64,000 bases of DNA, from NCBI GenBank assembly GCA_047495785.1, contig JBLDXI010000032.1:2046001-2110000 (forward strand), written 5' to 3'. Below are positions 36,645-48,359 of this stretch, in pieces. The notes under the pieces were generated by a model. The model ran no database searches, was not told the origin of the DNA, and saw only the letters and a list, made by a program, of their open reading frames with translations. Made by a program: the position numbers and the translations under genes. Each line of letters begins with the position of its first letter. Position 1 is the first letter of the stretch. This stretch comes from Lepidodermella squamata. Taxonomy: Eukaryota; Animalia; Gastrotricha.

Positions 36645-37970
36645 TTATTGTACTTGTATCAACTTCAGAAGTCCTGCAATGAATTCTTTCTTGTCAACAA
36701 ATCCATCGCTGTCGGTGTCGAAAAACTCCCACGAATCCATCGCTGATTCGCCGATCATTTGCCCCATGTTTTCTCCGAACAAGTCGATGACTGCAGCCGT
36801 GAATTGTGTCTGGTTTATCCATAGAGCTGATAGAGTGCTCACTCGCCATCAAAAACACGGAACGCAATGGGGGCCATATGGCAGGGGATTAACTCATTGT
36901 CCTGGAGTAAGAAACTGAACTAATTACAAATCGATCGATCTCATAAATCGCTGGCGCCAGCGCTTCGATTATCGGTTACAACGTCGGGCTTTGGGTCATC
37001 GCTAAACCGAGGGACGGCCGATATTTTGACACTAAATTTGCCCGGTTAGCATATTTAGAAGTGGCAAATAGGCGACCGAGAAGTCAACGTCCACTTTCGA
37101 CCATTTACCTCTGAGGTAGTCCACACCTGGATGTAAGGTGAAATTGAACGACCTTTTGAAGCCAAGTTATGCATCAGGCCGAATCGATCATTTTGGCACC
37201 TGATTAAGATCTGGAACCCCCATATTTTGATCGGTATAAATGTTGAAGTTAATTCACCCTTAAAAAACACTTTGTTTGCTGTTTTCGCAGTTTTTACTGA
37301 GTGATTTAAAGGAAAAAAATGTTGCGTAATTATTGAGATTTAGTTTTTTTGCGCTAAGCTTAATTTTAAACAAGCGATTTTGATGACTCATGCTCGTTCA
37401 CTCGCACAAAATAAAGATTTGTGAATCAAAACAGTGCTTTTAAAGGGCGAATTTACTGTGAAAATGTGTACCCATCAAAATATGGGGGTTCCAGATCTTA
37501 ATCAGGTGCCAAAATGATCGATTCGGCCTGATGCATAACTTGGCTTCAAAAGGTCGTTCAATTTCACCTTACTTTCAGGTGTGGACCACCTCAAATGGTC
37601 AAGGATGATAAGGGAAGCCGACTTCTCGGTCGCCTTACCACCAACTCTAAGATAGCTACCTTTGTAAATTTGGTATAATAAAATCGGCTGTCTCTTACTC
37701 TTTCGATGACCAAACGCTCGGCCATGGAACCGATAATCGAAGCGCTGGCGTCAGCGATTTATGTGATCGATCGATTTGTAATTAGTTCAGTTTCTTACTC
37801 CAGGACAATGAGTTAATCCCCTGCCATATGGCCCCCATGGCGTTCCGTGTTTTTGATGGCGAGTGAGCACTCTATCAGCTCTATGGGTTTATCTTACCAG
37901 ACTTGTCCTTGTCTTGATCTGCAAAGGCCTGCTTATAACGTTCTATTACAGCTTCTTGTGTTGGCGGCAT
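36645..37970 (-). pseudogene. EF-hand gene (copy 7, duplicate of 59666-59917) split by a transposon
   Basis: 5' part 37970-37886 (MPPTQEAVIERYKQAFADQDKDKSGK) and 3' part 36819-36645 (INQTQF...LIQVQ*) separated by a 1066-bp insertion. Confidence 0.9.
36820..37885. mobile_element. Non-autonomous foldback DNA transposon, CATAGAG termini, 8-bp TSD (P-element- or hAT-type)
   Basis: TSD GGTTTATC at 36812-36819 and 37886-37893; ~155-bp TIRs; second internal inverted pair ~37075-37265 / ~37440-37635. Confidence 0.92.
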
Positions 37971-39324
37971 ATTGCAGATGAAGGATGAGAGATGATCCGT
38001 GTATACTTATTTAAATCAATACAAACAGAATATCTAACGATGAATAGCCACAAGAAAAGCTGTACAATTATGAAGTGGCTCCCAACTTATCGGGAGCTAC
38101 ATAATCTTATATACTTATTTAAAGTCAAGGATCTATACATATACACCTTCGTGTTTGGCACGATAAGTATCATCTGGGTTAACACTGGCCGTTGGCTGTA
38201 TCTTTTTAACTGCCATCTAACTTTGATCAGCTGCAAAAACATCGCAGAAGGTTATAAACACACAATAAAAATCTTAAATTGTAATAACGCACGCAATCAT
38301 GCGCAGTAAAAAAACGTGCGATTCAAGGCTTTTTTCTTATGTTTTCTTTGAAGCGATGTTATTCCAGATAGCTATTACACTGTCAACTATTTCAGATTTG
38401 ATGCTCATCTGGCAAAAAACCGCGAAAAATGCCATCACGTGATGAAGAGGGGATTTACGTGGCAGAAATTATGAGGCTTTTACAACATACAACAGCGCTC
38501 CGGGTTTGACACCTGCTCTTGCCCGCGCGTTTATTGTTCACCCAAGCGGCGTACGTAGAAATTCGCCGATGTGTACAGGCGGAACTGAAGCCGGTCCAAG
38601 CGCGGACCGCAGCAAACCCTGCCACTTGGCTACACATCAATGCAATAACAATTTTACTTGGGCGATGAACCTATACGGCTCATTTCGTTTGGTACATGAT
38701 TTTTTTAAGGGTCTAACCTTTGAGCGGAATTAACTGAGTCTGAAACGGACCAAACTCAACGCTAACCTAAACTCAGTGTTCTAAAGCATGTTACACGTGA
38801 TACAATGTAACAACCAAAATTAAAGCATAATGCTGTTGCATCGTCATCTTTAGGAGGTTTCGGATCCTATTCTGGTGAACCAAGCCATTTTAGTCGTTGG
38901 ATCAGATTGGATCAGAACGGAGAATCCACTGGTACCGAGAATCATTGCCGATTGTATAGAAACTTGAGCCAGCTGCAATTTGCAACCGTTCTTGCTCCGG
39001 TGCGGGCTCAGATCAACTCGAGAATCGTTGTGGCGCCAAGAGCCAAGAGAGGATGCTACAGCAAACAAGTCACAAGCCGAGATCGTTTCAAAGGTCGCAG
39101 GCCGACAGTGGTAATGTTATTAACGCAGCATAACATATTCCATCTTGGACTGAGAGGTAACTACCACAAAATCGTTTGCTCAAAGAACAAAATAATATAG
39201 TCGATAATATTTTGTCTTTTTCGCTCTTTGAAAGAGACCCTCAAGACGAGTTATGCTTGATTACATTAGGGACACAAAACTGCAGAGAAAACGGAGGTAC
39301 AAAGATTTTTAAGATTTAAAGCAA

Positions 39325-41282
39325 TCAATTTGTGGTTGATACCACGTGGTGAATTGCATCCGCAGCATATAAAACATTGCCAGCATTTAATCCGCTGAAA
39401 TTGATACGTCCATTCCTCATAATGTAGACGTGGAATTCTGCCATCAAACGACGTGTTTGCTCGGCAGCTAAACCTGAGAAAGAAAAATTCCACTGTTGAG
39501 TGAAGTGCGACCAGTTGCCAGGTGTTCCCAGCTCCTTCAATTTATCGCACAGCTTCATGTCTCAATGTCACAACTCTGGTGTTCATTCTCATTCTCTCAT
39601 TCTCATTCTCATTTTTATTGCAAATTGTTTTTCAACAGTTAGCAAATAGTTAAGTTTAGTTTAGCAGAAAGTTGTTTCTTGGCGCCTCACCACAGAAGTC
39701 ACGTAGTTTACCAATGAAGGCGAATTAAATTTTATATGTTTGCAAAAAGCACTGTGAGAGTTGTTAACCACGCAAGACGGCAGACGGTTCCACGCAGCAC
39801 GCACGCGCCTGGAAAAGCTAAATTTATAGTTCAGGTTATTTCTAACCGCTTTCATCGTCACAGAATGAGGAGGAAGGCGAGAGTTTCGGGAGATTATAAA
39901 GTCAGAGAAATTTATATCAATACAACCCTGATACATTTTATGCATTAGAATGAGGTCATGTTGGAAGCGGCGAACCTCTAGCGTCGTTAAGCCCAATTTC
40001 TGTAGACGTTCCTCATAAGATGCACCCTCGACCGTTTCGTGATACGAGCTTCGATAGAGTAGTCTTTTTGTGAACCGCTCAAAGGTTCACAACCGCTTTG
40101 TGAACCCCGGAAACCGCTTGTACCGATTCAAGGTCATCAATATCCTGTAATGAAAAAGGCGAGTACACGGCTGGACAGAAGTCCAAACGAGATAATGTGT
40201 ATGTTTTATACGCTCTAAATCGGAGGGCCTTAGACGAAAATGATTTGGCTATCATTCCATTAATACGATTACATTTCGCTGCGAGAGACTGACAATGATC
40301 TGAAAAAGATAGCTTTGAATCGATAGTAACACCGAGATCTTTCACTGAGTTGACAACTTGCAGGTCCACACCATTGATGCTAAATTGAAACGGGAATTCA
40401 TTTTTGCCCATTCTCAGTACGACACATTTTTTAGAATTAACAGACAATCCGTTATCGTCAAACCATTTGATTAACCGATCTAAGTCTTCCTGAAGTTCAA
40501 AGCAGTCTGTGAGATTACGAATGACCTTGTATAGCTTCGTGTCATCAGCAAATAACTTCATAATCGATTTCAGAATACACGAGTTCACATCCGATGTGTA
40601 TATCAGAAACAATATCGGACCAAGAACCGAGCCTTGAGGCACCCCGGAAGTTACGGGGGACCATTCCAAGGCTTCAGAGTTGACAATCACACGAAAGAAA
40701 CGATCGGAAAGAAAAGCTTTTATCCAGCGAAGGAGCGCGCCACAAACGTTAATGTCAAGAAGCTTTGCTAACAACAATGTGATCGGAACTGTATCGAAAG
40801 CCTTGGAAAGATCGAGGTAAATAACTACAACATCGAGGAGTTGGTCTAGAAAACCAAGCCAGTCGTTAGTACAAGAGAGGAGCTGCGTCTCGCAACATCT
40901 GCGCGATATGAAACCGAATTGGTTATCTGGCATCAAGTTATTCCTGTTCAAGTATATCAACAATTTGTCTTTTACAATAGTTTCCTGAACTTTACATAGA
41001 ATACAGGTTAGACTAACGGGTCTGTAATTCCCCGCCGAAGAAGCATCACCACTCTTCTTATATACTCATAGATCACTCACTCATAGATCTCAAATTTTCC
41101 CACCTGAAAATAGCAAGAGCGCTTTGCTATGAAAAATTTAGACAATATTAAAAAATATATATACCATTCTTGCTTTAGCTCTGGGTTGTTCAGAACAGTT
41201 GATACGATTATAGCGCCTAAGTTCACAGGATTACCCCACATGGTAACAGCAATCTGGCTCTTTTGAGACTTTTTTATGGCTT
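39325..41282 (-). pseudogene. Aspartate aminotransferase 3' fragment (duplicate), frameshifted and LINE-interrupted
   Basis: 41282-41163 and ~41100-41080 + 39583-39325 match the last exons of 61016-62405 (GTPGNWSHFT, YIMRNGRINFSGLN); includes the paralogous intron. Confidence 0.88.
39586..41062 (-). mobile_element. 5'-truncated CR1-clade LINE (RT domain) with (GAGAAT)n 3' tail
   Basis: NYRPVSLT, NQFGF, DLSKAFD, GVPQGSVLGP, LFADD, RAAWNRLP motifs; frameshift/rearrangement near 40070-40120; attctc repeats at 39585-39611. Confidence 0.92.
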
Positions 41283-41706
41283 ATTCTACATCACAAGGAA
41301 GGTGTCGCAGAAAGGTGTGTACGAGCAATTCATGGCATGGAATCACACTCGTATACTTACAGTATTGAAGGAGTTTTTTGGCGGAAATTAGGCCAAGGAA
41401 ATCATGCAAATTTTAAAGTATTTTTGTTATTTGTTTATTCAGCAGAAACGGTAGTGTCAGTCCATACATTTTATTTCATATGGTGATCATTTCATACTTA
41501 ATCTGTAGCATTTCATACTATTTTTGAGTGATTATTTCAATACATTTTTGCCATATTTTCGTGATTATTTCATACGCAATAATATATTTAGAAATCGTGA
41601 TCATTTCATATTTATTTTAATTATTCTTAAATCGTGACCATTTCATACGTAAATCACTCATCACTAATCATTATCTTAAAACGGTCTGAGCAATATATTG
41701 TGCGCT

Positions 41707-44700
41707 TTAGTTATCCTCGGAAGCATCAACATCTTCATCGGTCGTGACTTCAGGATCGACAAAATCGAGCGGGAAGAGTTCGCGGAAATCTTCTTTTTGC
41801 TTTGGTTTCTTTTCTTTTAGCTCAGAAAGGCAGTGCGCAATCGAATCGAGGAATTCGATTACGCCTAGCTCATTTCGATCTAGTTCGTCCCAACATTTTT
41901 TGATGCGCTCGGTCAATCGAGTGTAGATCCTCAAACTAGAACCGAAATTCCTTGCGATGCACGCACCACCTGTCAACACCAACCACCTTAAACCAGATAA
42001 ACCAGTAAGATTCGACGTAATCGACAAACTTCGATAAATTTTCCGATTGATCAATGAGATTACGAGCTTGAAACTTCACCAAATCGAAAGCCGGTCTCAT
42101 TTTATCCTTGGGAAGAAGAGGCAAGGCCATGATTCGCCGCACTAATCGATGGATTTCACCCTCGATTTCGAGGTAGTCATTCCACAGCCCGTTGTCGTGA
42201 ACCCAATGTAGAATAGCCTGACAGACAGACATAGACCTTTCTATGGAACTGTCTACACCAACAAGCACCCACTGTCATGCAGTCATGGTTCCAGCTGAAC
42301 GATCCCTCGAACTATGAAACTCGCCACTTTGAACCGATGTTTAAACCAACATACTCGAAGGTTCGCGGCATGCTGAGCATGAGCTACCGAGGCCCTGATC
42401 TATGGAACCAGCTCCCGGTCAATGTCCATCAATCTGAAACAGCTCAGACCTGCAGGGAAGCCACCTATTCGCACTTCTACGAAAAAAATTCTGCAAAATC
42501 GAAATTAAAATGAAGCTCTATATATTCTAGTTTCATATTTCCTTATCCACGGTAAAAAAACGGTGAGCTGCCGTTGCAGTGTTCCGAGACCGGGGGCTAA
42601 GGGGGAAGAATGATCCCCCAGAGAGCTGCGATGAAACTCTGAAGGGGATAAGCTTACCCCCTTGGAGCTGAAAATTTTGGAATAATTGGCCCATTTTGAA
42701 ACCAGCAGAATCATAGTTTTCTAGTGGAATAGATGTCGAAAACTCAGCCTTGTCAAAGGAAAGTCGGTAGGGGTAATCATTTTCCACAAACACAGTAACA
42801 AACGCCGATCACTTTGATCGCTTAAAAAATCAAGAAATCACTTCAAAATCGATAATCGATATTCGACAATCGATTAAGAGTTGCTAATGTTGGAAAACAG
42901 ACATCACCACTGGATTCCCCGTGAAAAGTTACCCTAGAGGACATGGCTTCACCGTGATTCCTTATGAGAAATGAAGATTCAATTTATAATGAAACAAAAC
43001 TGTTCGTTTGTCTGCTATCATAGCCCTATTAAAAATTGAAAAAAAATAAAATTTCATAAAAAACGTCTTCAAACTGCTTTTTTCGATACAAAATCCCCCT
43101 TAACAACCCGAAGGGCTAATTTCTGTATGTCGATTCGTTTCGCTTTTTCAGAATTTTCATAAAGATCACCGATCTCGAGATGATTAGGGGGGGGGGGGGG
43201 TAATAAATTTATTACTTAATTGCCAATCACCCAGTTTTTCTTCAAATCCTAACGTGTGACATATAAAATTATGCAGAATTTCGCGCTGAATCCAACGGTC
43301 AGTTGTAAGATCGGACGCATGGTTATCAAGAAAAGGCTACCTTATTATAAGCGATTTTCACCATTATTTGTTGGCTCAATTTATCGTAAACATGCAATTA
43401 TAGACTGCTCTCAGCCATAATCGTCGAAAAATACCGTCAGCTAAAGCTCGCTTCGCTCGCATGCTTAATTAATTTTTAGGTGTCGGTGTCCGCGCCGAAG
43501 TTTTTGGGGCCTTTTTATGATCCTTATTCACTCAAACTTTGTACCTTAAAAGCGTAGGTCATGGCTTCAATTGAGAGTACGATTTGGGATTTGGGATCGC
43601 GGAAATTGTTCGTCAAGAACCTGTGAGTCATCAGCAAAATGGAAATAAGAAAAGTAGAGATGATAATGCTCCTTATACACATTCTCGAACGAGTGATCAA
43701 TGCGAGCGAATTTTTTTAGAAAATTGCCTTATCCCCCTCAGACCAAATCCTTCTCGGAACACTGTGCCGTTGTTGTAATATTGCTTCGTTTTCCTGATGG
43801 TTGACTCAAATTTATGTCATCTCCAATTGTCCTATCCTTTTGTAACTGTCCTGCAATTAACTGTTTCCTTTCAAACTTAACTTTGTCGAGCTGCCCTCTC
43901 TGGGTGTCATAGCTTTGAAATAAATAAATAAATAAACAGTAGTGAAAATGACAGCCGGCGATTTCACACATGAATATCAAATAAAGCGCGTTCATTATTG
44001 CCAGCTCGTAGTCACTAGTCACGACAGGCTGAGTTAGCGTAGGGACCAGTTTCATCATTTCATCACGTTGATAGCCAAACACTCGAAGATAAAGCTCTTG
44101 CGATTTGTTATTCATAAGGATGTAGCAAGCGGGAACAGCGAACTATTTTTGACTAATGTCAGGAAAACGAGGAGTTGATAGAAAATTACGGGCGCGCATT
44201 TGAAGGTTCCATCATAACAAACGATCTCGTAGATTGAGCCATCCTAATCAAACCCGAGTCAGTGGCATAGACAACAAAAGCCCCAGGAACTTTGATATCG
44301 CGAACAACTTCGAAAGAAATAATTGCTTTCGACTATTGAAGCGATACAATTGAACCTTATTTTCGCCAGAGTCAAGTTGTTCGAACCATTTAACAACAGT
44401 TTTCGGTCTTTTGGGTTGATAAATGTTGAAATGGCGATACAGAGTCCGCTTGCAGTTTTCGTAATTCGGAATTGAACTAACGAGCTTCAAATGCTCCAAA
44501 CCATGATCTTCGACCAGATCTAGAAAGTTTCCTACCAGCTCTTTGCAGATATCGTGAACTGTGCGACCTCGAGTTGTTTTAATCTGATCTTTGATCTTGC
44601 TCATCACGACATAACTGAGCCCTTCATAGTAGTTAGCCACATCGTCATGTTGACCTTCGACTCCAGTCACTTCAGTTCCATCTTCGTTCAACACCAGACA

Positions 44701-45099
44701 TGCCTTTTGACAATGCATGCAGCGATACCCACGATCCTCAACCCAGTTGTAAAGATGGCCGCTGCTGAAGCAAACCTTTCCGCCACGAGTACTTTCGACA
44801 AAAAACTTCGGAAGATCTTCTTTCTTCTTCTTGGCAGCAACAACAGACACGTGGGAAACTGGCCGAGAAACTTCAGGCAGTTGAACTTGAACTTGAGCCA
44901 CTTGTTGGCTGGGCTGGATTACCGAATTCCACGTTAAAAATTGCTGAAGTTGGAACATTGGAATAGTTGAATTGTCGGGTGCTGGTCTAATTGGTGTCGA
45001 AGAAATGCCGGTTTCATGCGGGTTAAACAGTGAAGCCTCCAAGAAGGTGGCTTCGAAATTCAGAAACATGTGCAATATCACCTCATTTCTCGATTTCAA
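41707..45099 (-). mobile_element. Mutator-like (MULE) transposase pseudogene, interrupted by a LINE
   Basis: FLYWCH-like N-terminus (TRGG..GHLY..YRC..C..H), DGTFKCAP, SDYELAI, and CHFHYC|QAI split across 43936/42220, followed by RIMALPLLP and YVESYW. Contains stops and frameshifts; ATTTCATAC repeats at 41470-41650. Confidence 0.85.
42225..43935 (+). mobile_element. 5'-truncated LINE 3' end with (TAAA)n tail inserted in the MULE; itself contains an ~1-kb unclassified non-autonomous element (~42505-43470)
   Basis: ORF2 C-terminal motif SYRGPDLWNQLP (42277-42513); tail aataaataaataaataa at 43919-43935; ACAG at both junctions. Confidence 0.7.
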
Positions 45100-45565
45100 T
45101 TACTTCCTTAATTTATTGATGATGTTCTTGTATTGATGTTGAATTAAACTTTTAGATCGATTGCTGGAAAAATGGTAATTCCTTGTTAACGCTTGTTTAC
45201 ATAATTGCAACTAACAATTTTTGAAAAAAACACTCTCGTTACACTTTGCATCGGTTGTTTTACCGGTTTTTTCTTTCTAAACGGACAGGAATCTATAATC
45301 AACAATTAAGAGTCATTTGAAATTAGTAATAACATGTATACAGTGTGTCTCGGCATTCCATAAATTCCATAGCCACAGCCCCTCGCAATAGCTTGATGCA
45401 TCTCTGCTTATCATCAGACGCTACATCTGCCTCGCAGATCGTGGCTGCAAATATAGTCCGTCCATTTGAAGGCATTTAAGCATTTACGTTTATACCGGGC
45501 GACTTCAATAACAAATCTAAAACGCAGGAGTGACAGTTATCCGCAGCGATCATTAACGGCGTAAC

Positions 45566-47809
45566 ACCAACATTGGTTGCTGCATTCACATCGGCTTTGA
45601 AGTCACCAGCGAGTTGCTTCACGATTTCCAAGTGACCATTCGCAGCAGCGATGTATAACGGCGTAGCCCCAGTATTCCTTGCTAAATTCACATCGGCTTT
45701 GTAGTCTCCAGCGAGTAGCTTCACGATTTCCAAGTGACCATTCTGAGCAGCCATGTATAACGGCGTAGCCCCAGTATTCCTCGCTAAATTCACATCGGCT
45801 TTGTAGTCACCAGCGAGTAGCTTCACGATTCCCAAGTGACCATTCTGAGCAGCGATGTATAACGGCGTGGCACCATCGTTCTCCGCTGCATTTACATCAG
45901 CTTTGTAGTCTCCAGTGAGTAGCTTCACGATTTCCAAGTGACCATTCTGAGCAGCGATGTATAACGGCGTAGCCCCAGTATTCCTCGCTGAATTCACATC
46001 GGCTTTGTAGTTTCCAGCGAGTAGCTTCACGATTTCCAAGTGACCATTCTGAGCAGCGATGTATAACGGCGTGGCACCATCGTTCTCCGCTGCACTTACA
46101 TCAGCTTTGTAGTCTCCAGTGAGTAGCTTCACGATTTCCAAGTGACCATTCGCAGCAGCGATTAATAATGGCGTAACACCAGTATTCCTCGCTAAATTCA
46201 CATCGGCTTTGTAGTCTCCAGCGAGTAGCTTCACGATTTCCAAGTGACCATTCGCAGCAGCGATGTATAACGGCGTAGCCCCAGTGTTCCTTGCTAAATT
46301 CACATCGGCTTTGTAGTCTCCAGCGAGTAGCTTCACGATTTCCAAGTGACCATTCTGAGCAGCGATGTATAACGGCGTAGCCCCAGTATTCCTCGCTAAA
46401 TTCACATCGGCTTTGTAGTCACCAGCGAGTAGCTTCACGATTCCCAAGTGACCATTCTGAGCAGCGATGTATAACGGCGTGGCACCATCGTTCGCCGCTG
46501 CATTTACATCAGCTTTGTAGTCTCCAGTGAGTAGCTTCACAATTTCCAAGTGACCATTCTGAGCAGCGATGTATAACGGCGTAGCCCCAGTATTCCTCGC
46601 TAAATTCACATCGGCTTTGTAGTTTCCAGCGAGTAGCTTCACGATTTCCAAGTGACCATTCTGAGCAGCGATGTATAACGGCGTGGCACCATCGTTCTCC
46701 GCTGCACTTACATCAGCTTTGTAGTCTCCAGTGAGTAGCTTCACGATTTCCAAGTGACCATTCGCAGCAGCGATTAATAATGGCGTAACACCAGTATTCC
46801 TCGCTAAATTCACATCGGCTTTGTAGTCTCCAGCGAGTAGCTTCACGATTTCCAAGTGACCATTCGCAGCAGCGATGTATAACGGCGTAGCCCCAGTGTT
46901 CCATGCTAAATTCACATCGGCTTTGTAGTCTCCAGCGAGTAGCTTCACGATTTCCAAGTGACCATTCTGAGCAGCCATGTATAACGGCGTAGCACCATCA
47001 TTCCTCGCTAAATTCACATCGGCTTTGTAGTCACCAGCGAGTAGCTTCACGATTCCCAAGTGACCATTCTGAGCAGCGATGTATAACGGCGTGGCACCAT
47101 CGTTCTCCGCTGCATTTACATCAGCTTTGTAGTCTCCAGTGAGTAGCTTCACGATTTCCAAGTGACCATTCGCAGCAGCGATTAATAATGGCGTAACACC
47201 AGTATTCTTCGCTAAATTCACATCGGCTTTGTAGTCTCCAGCGAGTAGCTTCACGATTTCCAAGTGACCATTCTGAGCAGCCATGTATAACGGCGTAGCA
47301 CCATCATTCCTCGCTAAATTCACATCGGCTTTGTAGTCACCAGCGAGTAGCTTCACGATTTCCAAGTGACCATTCTGAGCAGCGATTAATAATGGCGTAG
47401 CCCCAGTATTCCTTGCTAAATTCACATCGGCTTTGTAGTCTCCAGCGAGTTGCTTCACGATTTCCAAGTGACCATTCTGAGCAGCCATATATAACGGCGT
47501 AGCACCATCATTCCTCGCTAAATTCACATCGGCTTTGTAGTCACCAGCGAGTAGCTTCACGATTCCCAAGTGACCATTCTGAGCAGCGATTAATAATGGC
47601 GTAGCCCCAGTATTCCTTGCTAAATTCACATCGGCTTTGTAGTCTCCAGCGAGTTGCTTCACGATTTCCAAGTGACCATTCTGAGCAGCCATGTATAACG
47701 GCGTAGCACCATCATTCCTCGCTAAATTCACATCGGCTTTGTAGTCACCAGCGAGTAGCTTCACGATTTCCAAGTGACCATTCTGAGCAGCGATGTATAA
47801 CGGCGTAAC
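45566..47809 (-). repeat. 22 tandem near-identical 102-bp (34-aa) ankyrin-coding repeats
   Basis: Unit G[AV]TPL[YL][IM]AA[QA]NGHL[EG]IVK[LQ]L[AT]G[DN]YKADV[NS][LAS]A[REKWA]N[DT]. Confidence 0.95.
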
Positions 47810-48359
47810 ACCATCAATCCTCGCTGCATTCACAATGGCTTTGACGTCTCCAGCGAGAAGTTTAGCGATTTCCAAGTGACCCTCCTGAGCAGCGATGCAT
47901 AGTGGCGTCGCCCCGCTATATTCCGCTGTTTCGACATTCGCACTTAAATCTTTGGCTAGAACTTGCACGACTTCCATGTGCCCATTTTTACAGCCATGTA
48001 AACTGCTGTTCTGCCTTGAGCGTCCACTAAGTCCATGTTGGCGCCATACGTTTCTACGAATGGCTTTATTAATTCATGGAATCCTTCTTGAGCTGCAATC
48101 ATCAGTGGCGTGAAGCCATCGTCATTCCGACTGTTCACATCCAAAATTAATCGACTCTTGTTCTGCAGGTTTTCAATTTCGGGCAACATTCTTCGTTGCC
48201 TCGAGTATTTAAATAGCAGCTGACAGTAATAGCAGTTAGAATTTCAGAATGTGTACCGAAATAAATCATCGACGTAAAAGCTCACCTTCACCGCCGCTTC
48301 GTAATCTATGACAGTGCTGCTAGCGTTAGTTGGAGTGGATGTATTTCCTCTTTCGGTAT

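Larger units (their letters stand above)
36432..41282 (-). repeat. Segmental duplicate of 59422-61478 (EF-hand gene + intergenic + GOT 3' end) expanded by insertions
   Basis: Colinear similarity from tccctgttgcgacaggagaaaagag (36432 vs 59422) to aatctggctc..gagact..tggctt (~41250-41282 vs ~61447-61478). Confidence 0.9.

Noticed and set aside
45566-47809. Regular repeat array resembling CRISPR or satellite DNA
   Set aside because: Contiguous 102-bp in-frame coding units with no unique spacers; eukaryotic context with no cas genes.
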